Assembly (NCBI GenBank): GCA_963665235.2 | Contig: CAXXLX010000002.1 | Span: 256,001-320,000 of the forward strand | Origin: Candidatus Poribacteria bacterium | GTDB lineage: Bacteria; Poribacteria; WGA-4E; WGA-3G | DNA: 64,000 nt | Direction: 5' to 3' | In this document: in pieces, positions 60,625 through 64,000 of the stretch | Position numbering within the stretch: position 1 is the first letter of the stretch | Layout: each line of letters begins with the position of its first letter | Notes under the pieces: generated by a model | Database searches by the model: none | What the model was told of the DNA's origin: nothing | Seen by the model: only the letters and a program-made list of their open reading frames with translations | Translations under genes and position numbers: made by a program

Positions 60625-61203
60625 CTATAAATAAACATCGAAACTATTCTTTACACAAGTTGCCGGAATGGCACCATGTACAAGAATTTCGGCATCCCGT
60701 AATGCTCGAACAAGTGTCTCTAATTCAATGGTTAGATTCGGCGGGCGCTGTGCCTTCGCTTCCAGGCGGCTGCAGCGAAGGCTGCCTCAAAAAATGCCCC
60801 ATATTTCTAGAATCAACAACCCCTATCAAAAAATTAGGCACTCCATCGTGTTGGTAGGGCGGCCCTGGGCTTGCCGGAGACGGTAACAGGGCCGCAACCT
60901 CCTTGACTGGATCAAGGAGATGGAGGCCAGGCAGCAGCGGCTCCTGAATCTCAATTTCGTGGACATAAGCCGGATCGCTCGGGGTAGGAAACCGCATACT
61001 ACTTGATATTGCATAGTGCAAAGCCACTCCGTACGAACGCGTTATAGAAATGAAAGGACTGTTGATAGTGCTTCTCGCAATATGAAGCATCAACCGATTT
61101 GTAGTAGATTCCATCCCGGGGGCCCTGGCAATAAACCACTTTCTATTGGATTATTTCGATACCAATAAGTATTAATGCCTGCCCCTCTATAAAATATCGC
61201 CAT
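60625..61203 (-). pseudogene. Cholera/pertussis-type (R-S-E) ADP-ribosyltransferase-like gene with two frameshifts
   Basis: GAGG RBS, then MAIFYRG...ESG[F] / ...HIARSTINSPFISITRSYGVALHYA... / ...VRALRDAEILVHGAIP...*. Shifts near 61134 and 60745. Confidence 0.65.
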
Positions 61204-61316
61204 AGTTCCTCTTTTTAGTTAGGGGCAGTAAGACTTGGAACAGCCCAAGCATCTCCGTTGAGGATGTCCTCGGTGGGACCTCGGAAAATGTTCTTTACGT
61301 CTGAAAACCACAATCT

Positions 61317-61534
61317 TTATTGTAGCATAACGCGTAGCGTGCCTCTTTATAAAAGCATAAACTTCCAGTTTGTGCCTCTTTATCGTAGCATAATCTTCCA
61401 GATTGTGCCTCTTTATTGTAGCATAATCTTCCAGTTTGTGCACTTTATCGTAGCATAAACTTCCAGTTTGGGTCTTCCGTTCTCTGTTTCATTGCTAACA
61501 ACCGGTAATGATAGAATAATTAATAAAAATGGTA
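61317..61534 (-). mobile_element. MITE family A copy (reverse, one end missing)
   Basis: Reverse complement of the family-A left end at 61534 with TTA flank; about 5 GTAGCATAA..TTCCAG.TTGTG units. Confidence 0.8.
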
Positions 61535-61617
61535 TAACATGGAATATTTACACTTTCTTTATAGTTTACCATGCACTATGGCTCTGTGTCAAAAGGTTAA
61601 AATTTTTCTCAATGGCT

Positions 61618-62064
61618 TCATTTGAACGAGGCGTAATCTGAGACGGGGTCTATGTATTTACCGTTTGAATCATCTTTAGGGTAGTGTGCGGCTTGTGTTC
61701 CGTTGCACCGGAGCAACCGGTCAGCGGTGAGCAGGAAACCGCGCAGGAGCCCGTATTCTTGGATACACGCCATGCCGAAATGGGAACAACTTGGCGTGAA
61801 ATTACAGGACGGTTTGTCCTGGCTTGAGATGAATTTCTGATACAATCGTATTAAGCCTGTGGCTGCGAGTTTCAATTCGGAGGTTTCTTGCGGATTGAAG
61901 CGGATACGCTTCTGCGGTTTTGTAGGTGTAATTGGGTTGACGTGTCGGATGAAGGCAAGGTCAGCGGCTTCGCCTGCAAACGTGGATGGGACAGCAATAA
62001 TAGCGGATAAACAGAGTATATAGAGGCACATAAGTAGGGGATACATTGGTGAATGATTTAGCAT
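61618..62064 (-). CDS. YidD-like protein with an N-terminal signal peptide
   Basis: LIRLYQKFIS...SCNFTPSCS...AIQEYG-like segment...DRLLRCN...DPV. Confidence 0.8.
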   Translation of the reverse strand: MLNHSPMYPLLMCLYILCLSAIIAVPSTFAGEAADLAFIRHVNPITPTKPQKRIRFNPQETSELKLAATGLIRLYQKFISSQDKPSCNFTPSCSHFGMACIQEYGLLRGFLLTADRLLRCNGTQAAHYPKDDSNGKYIDPVSDYASFK

Positions 62065-62127
62065 GGGATTTCCTTGACCTCTACGGATTTGGGAGCGTTT
62101 TTTTGGGGGTACCCCCTTGTGGTCTCC

Positions 62128-63105
62128 TTACGGAAAGCATCCGGATGGGACATAATGTCGCGAGAAGAAGATTCCGAGGGTTACAGGCATCATGTCGTTG
62201 TTCGGGAGTGAGAAGAAGGGTCTATCCACTCGCAATTCGAGTTTGAGGCGACTTCTAGTCAAACGGAGCATCTCTACTCCACCGACAACATAAGCCCCTA
62301 GACCGCTGTCGTCCTCTGTATTAGACTCTTCGTAGTACTCCCACTCATCCCTAAACCAATGTTTTTGTTTTTTTTCAGTTATGGTTGTGTAACTACCTCC
62401 GAATATAGAGAATCCGCCTCCGATATAGGGCGTGATGTTCTTATTATTCAAAAAGTAGCGTCCCCCAATTGACCATGCGGCGAACATAAAGTTGTCGTCC
62501 CCGCTGTGTCGGAACTCTGTGCCTACAGCATACTTCGATGTCTCATAAGACCAACCGAATTCATAACCGGGTTCAGCAGTTACATCTGCTCCTGGTATAA
62601 AAGTTCCAAAGATTCCGACATTCCAAAGGGATTCACCTGCTATTTTTTTGGCTTCCGAGCCCTCATGTTCGGTAACGCTCTCGATGTCCACTGTATCTTC
62701 AATCGGTTTGTCATGAACGATTGCGTCAACCAATCTGGGGGCAACTTTAATCATTTCCTCTATGTTCGCTATCCAAAGTTGTCGTTCAACAACGGTGGTG
62801 CCGCGGGGTGTCTCTTTAGTAAGGTGTACGAGTACTTTTTCTCCCAGACGGCGGAAGGTTACGCGATAGAATTCGGCTGTTATCTGTGCCTCGTAAACGG
62901 GGTCGCTCACATCAATACCGAGTTTCCGGAATTCGGTAGCTATCAGTAGGACTGCGCTTTGTGCATCCACTTCATCTACACCGGGATGGTCGCCGATTAG
63001 TAGGGTAATGTGTTCGGCTGCGGTGTCTTGTTGGGCATGGGCTGATAGGAGCGCGAGGCCCGTTAGTAGCAATATGAAAACGTTTCGCATCAAGTTGATT
63101 TTCAT
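62128..63105 (-). CDS. Exported protein with a probable C-terminal outer-membrane beta-barrel
   Basis: Signal peptide; IGGRYF..TPYIGGG...GLGAYVVGGVE amphipathic strands. Confidence 0.65.
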   Translation of the reverse strand: MKINLMRNVFILLLTGLALLSAHAQQDTAAEHITLLIGDHPGVDEVDAQSAVLLIATEFRKLGIDVSDPVYEAQITAEFYRVTFRRLGEKVLVHLTKETPRGTTVVERQLWIANIEEMIKVAPRLVDAIVHDKPIEDTVDIESVTEHEGSEAKKIAGESLWNVGIFGTFIPGADVTAEPGYEFGWSYETSKYAVGTEFRHSGDDNFMFAAWSIGGRYFLNNKNITPYIGGGFSIFGGSYTTITEKKQKHWFRDEWEYYEESNTEDDSGLGAYVVGGVEMLRLTRSRLKLELRVDRPFFSLPNNDMMPVTLGIFFSRHYVPSGCFP

Positions 63106-63160
63106 TTTTTTCTCCTTCTAGAAAGAGGGTGACTAAGTTAAGATATAGGTGTGATATTTT

Positions 63161-63561
63161 GTCAAGGCACCCACCGCCTAAAGGCGGGGGAAACCTGTGC
63201 TTCGTAAACAACAGCACCTCCGAAGAAGTGTCTGACATCGTCTCCACAGGGAGATCCAAGCAGCCTCCTCAACATGAAAGTTGACTTTTATATACAATCC
63301 ATTTTGACAGTGCTTTTATCAGACCCACGCTTTTACCTATGGCAATCCAAGACACTCAAGTATCTCTGCAGCGTCCATCTGTTCTTTTCCGTGAAGTGCT
63401 GTCCCTTTACACAAGTCACACACGGGGGGAGCGAACAGGAACCTAACTCACAACCGGACACTACAAGAATATTATAACATCATGGATTGTATTTGTCAAG
63501 GAAAAAAGGAGCGGGCATTTCTCCCCGCGCTAAAGCGTCGGGGTCTCCTGCCCGAAGATTG
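63161..63561 (-). mobile_element. Non-autonomous IS200/IS605-family element (no tnpA or tnpB)
   Basis: Minus strand: TTAC|CAATCTTCGGGCAGGAGACCCCGACGCTTTAGCGCGGGG left-end hairpin; right end CCTGTGGAGA...GAAGCACAGG..CCCCCGCCTTTAGGCGGTGGG..TTGAC. Confidence 0.75.
63471..63499 (-). promoter_or_regulatory. Perfect sigma70 promoter inside the IS605-like element
   Basis: TTGACA, 17 nt, TATAAT, with extended -10 (TGT-TATAAT). Confidence 0.8.
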
Positions 63562-63657
63562 GTAAAGTTTTTGTCAGTTGCGGTGCGGGGTTATTTAGTT
63601 CTCCATATTTTTCGCAGTTTTTTCAACAAACCTCATACTAGAAGAATATACACATAT

Positions 63658-63771
63658 CAAGACTTACGCAGAGCGTTGATAAACCCTTATGCTAATGGGA
63701 TTTAGAGGGAGCCCTAACGGGCGAGGCGACCTCGCCCCTACGATGCTCCTGCCAAATTTGCGTCTGTCCTG
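63658..63771 (+). mobile_element. MITE family B copy with a 7-bp target duplication
   Basis: CAAGACTTACGCA...TGCGTCTGTCCTG flanked by CACATAT on both sides. Confidence 0.85.
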
Positions 63772-64000
63772 CACATATATAAAGTGAATCTGTCCAACTA
63801 AATGAATTAGAAATAGTATAAGTAGACAGAGTCATTCAGTTTTCCATATTTCTGACGTGCAATAAATTGCGCGTCTACGAATGCACCCTGCTTGAAAAGA
63901 CGATAGCAGGCGGATACGGATGTCACTCGTTTGTAATGCCCCACATCCGCACCTTCTGCCACCACGACCCGCTCTGGAACAATTCACGCTCGTCGTAATC

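Noticed and set aside
63830-64000. Possible 3' end of a minus-strand gene at the window edge
   Set aside because: Too short to fix the frame or assign a product.

Overview
Bacterial chromosomal window, probably Candidatus Poribacteria or a relative. That is an inference from the C-terminal 'KLTTTWGTLK' and 'NFPNPFNPETWIPY' protein signatures and the very repeat-rich intergenic DNA. Bases 1-21 kb are a minus-strand defence locus. In transcription order it reads: consensus sigma70 promoter, PARIS-like ABC-ATPase plus DUF4435/TOPRIM pair, Cas7-insertion subunit with an unexpected N-terminal stand-alone-type RRM domain, CARF-nuclease (Can2/Card1-like), HD-less Cas10, Cas7-Cas5-Cas11, Cas7-Cas7, Csx19, Cas6, Cas2, SWIM zinc-finger protein, stand-alone reverse transcriptase with a ~140-aa partly hydrophobic insertion, Cas1, leader, and a CRISPR array (20 repeats visible, running off the window). 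This is a rearranged type III-Dv-like system with an RT adaptation module. The rest holds a TPP-riboswitch thiamine cluster (two thiO copies), two TAXI receptors, xylF, a Fur-boxed porin/imelysin/di-heme cluster, secreted repeat proteins, a frameshifted AddA-like helicase, selA and an envelope-protein cluster. Features missed by the ORF track include a doubly frameshifted cholera/pertussis-type ADP-ribosyltransferase gene with a small partner gene, a 401-bp non-coding IS200/IS605 derivative with a perfect promoter and a TnpB-omegaRNA-like right end, two MITE families carrying GTAG-type REP palindromes, and a candidate structured RNA. All family calls come from motif recognition by eye; no searches were run.
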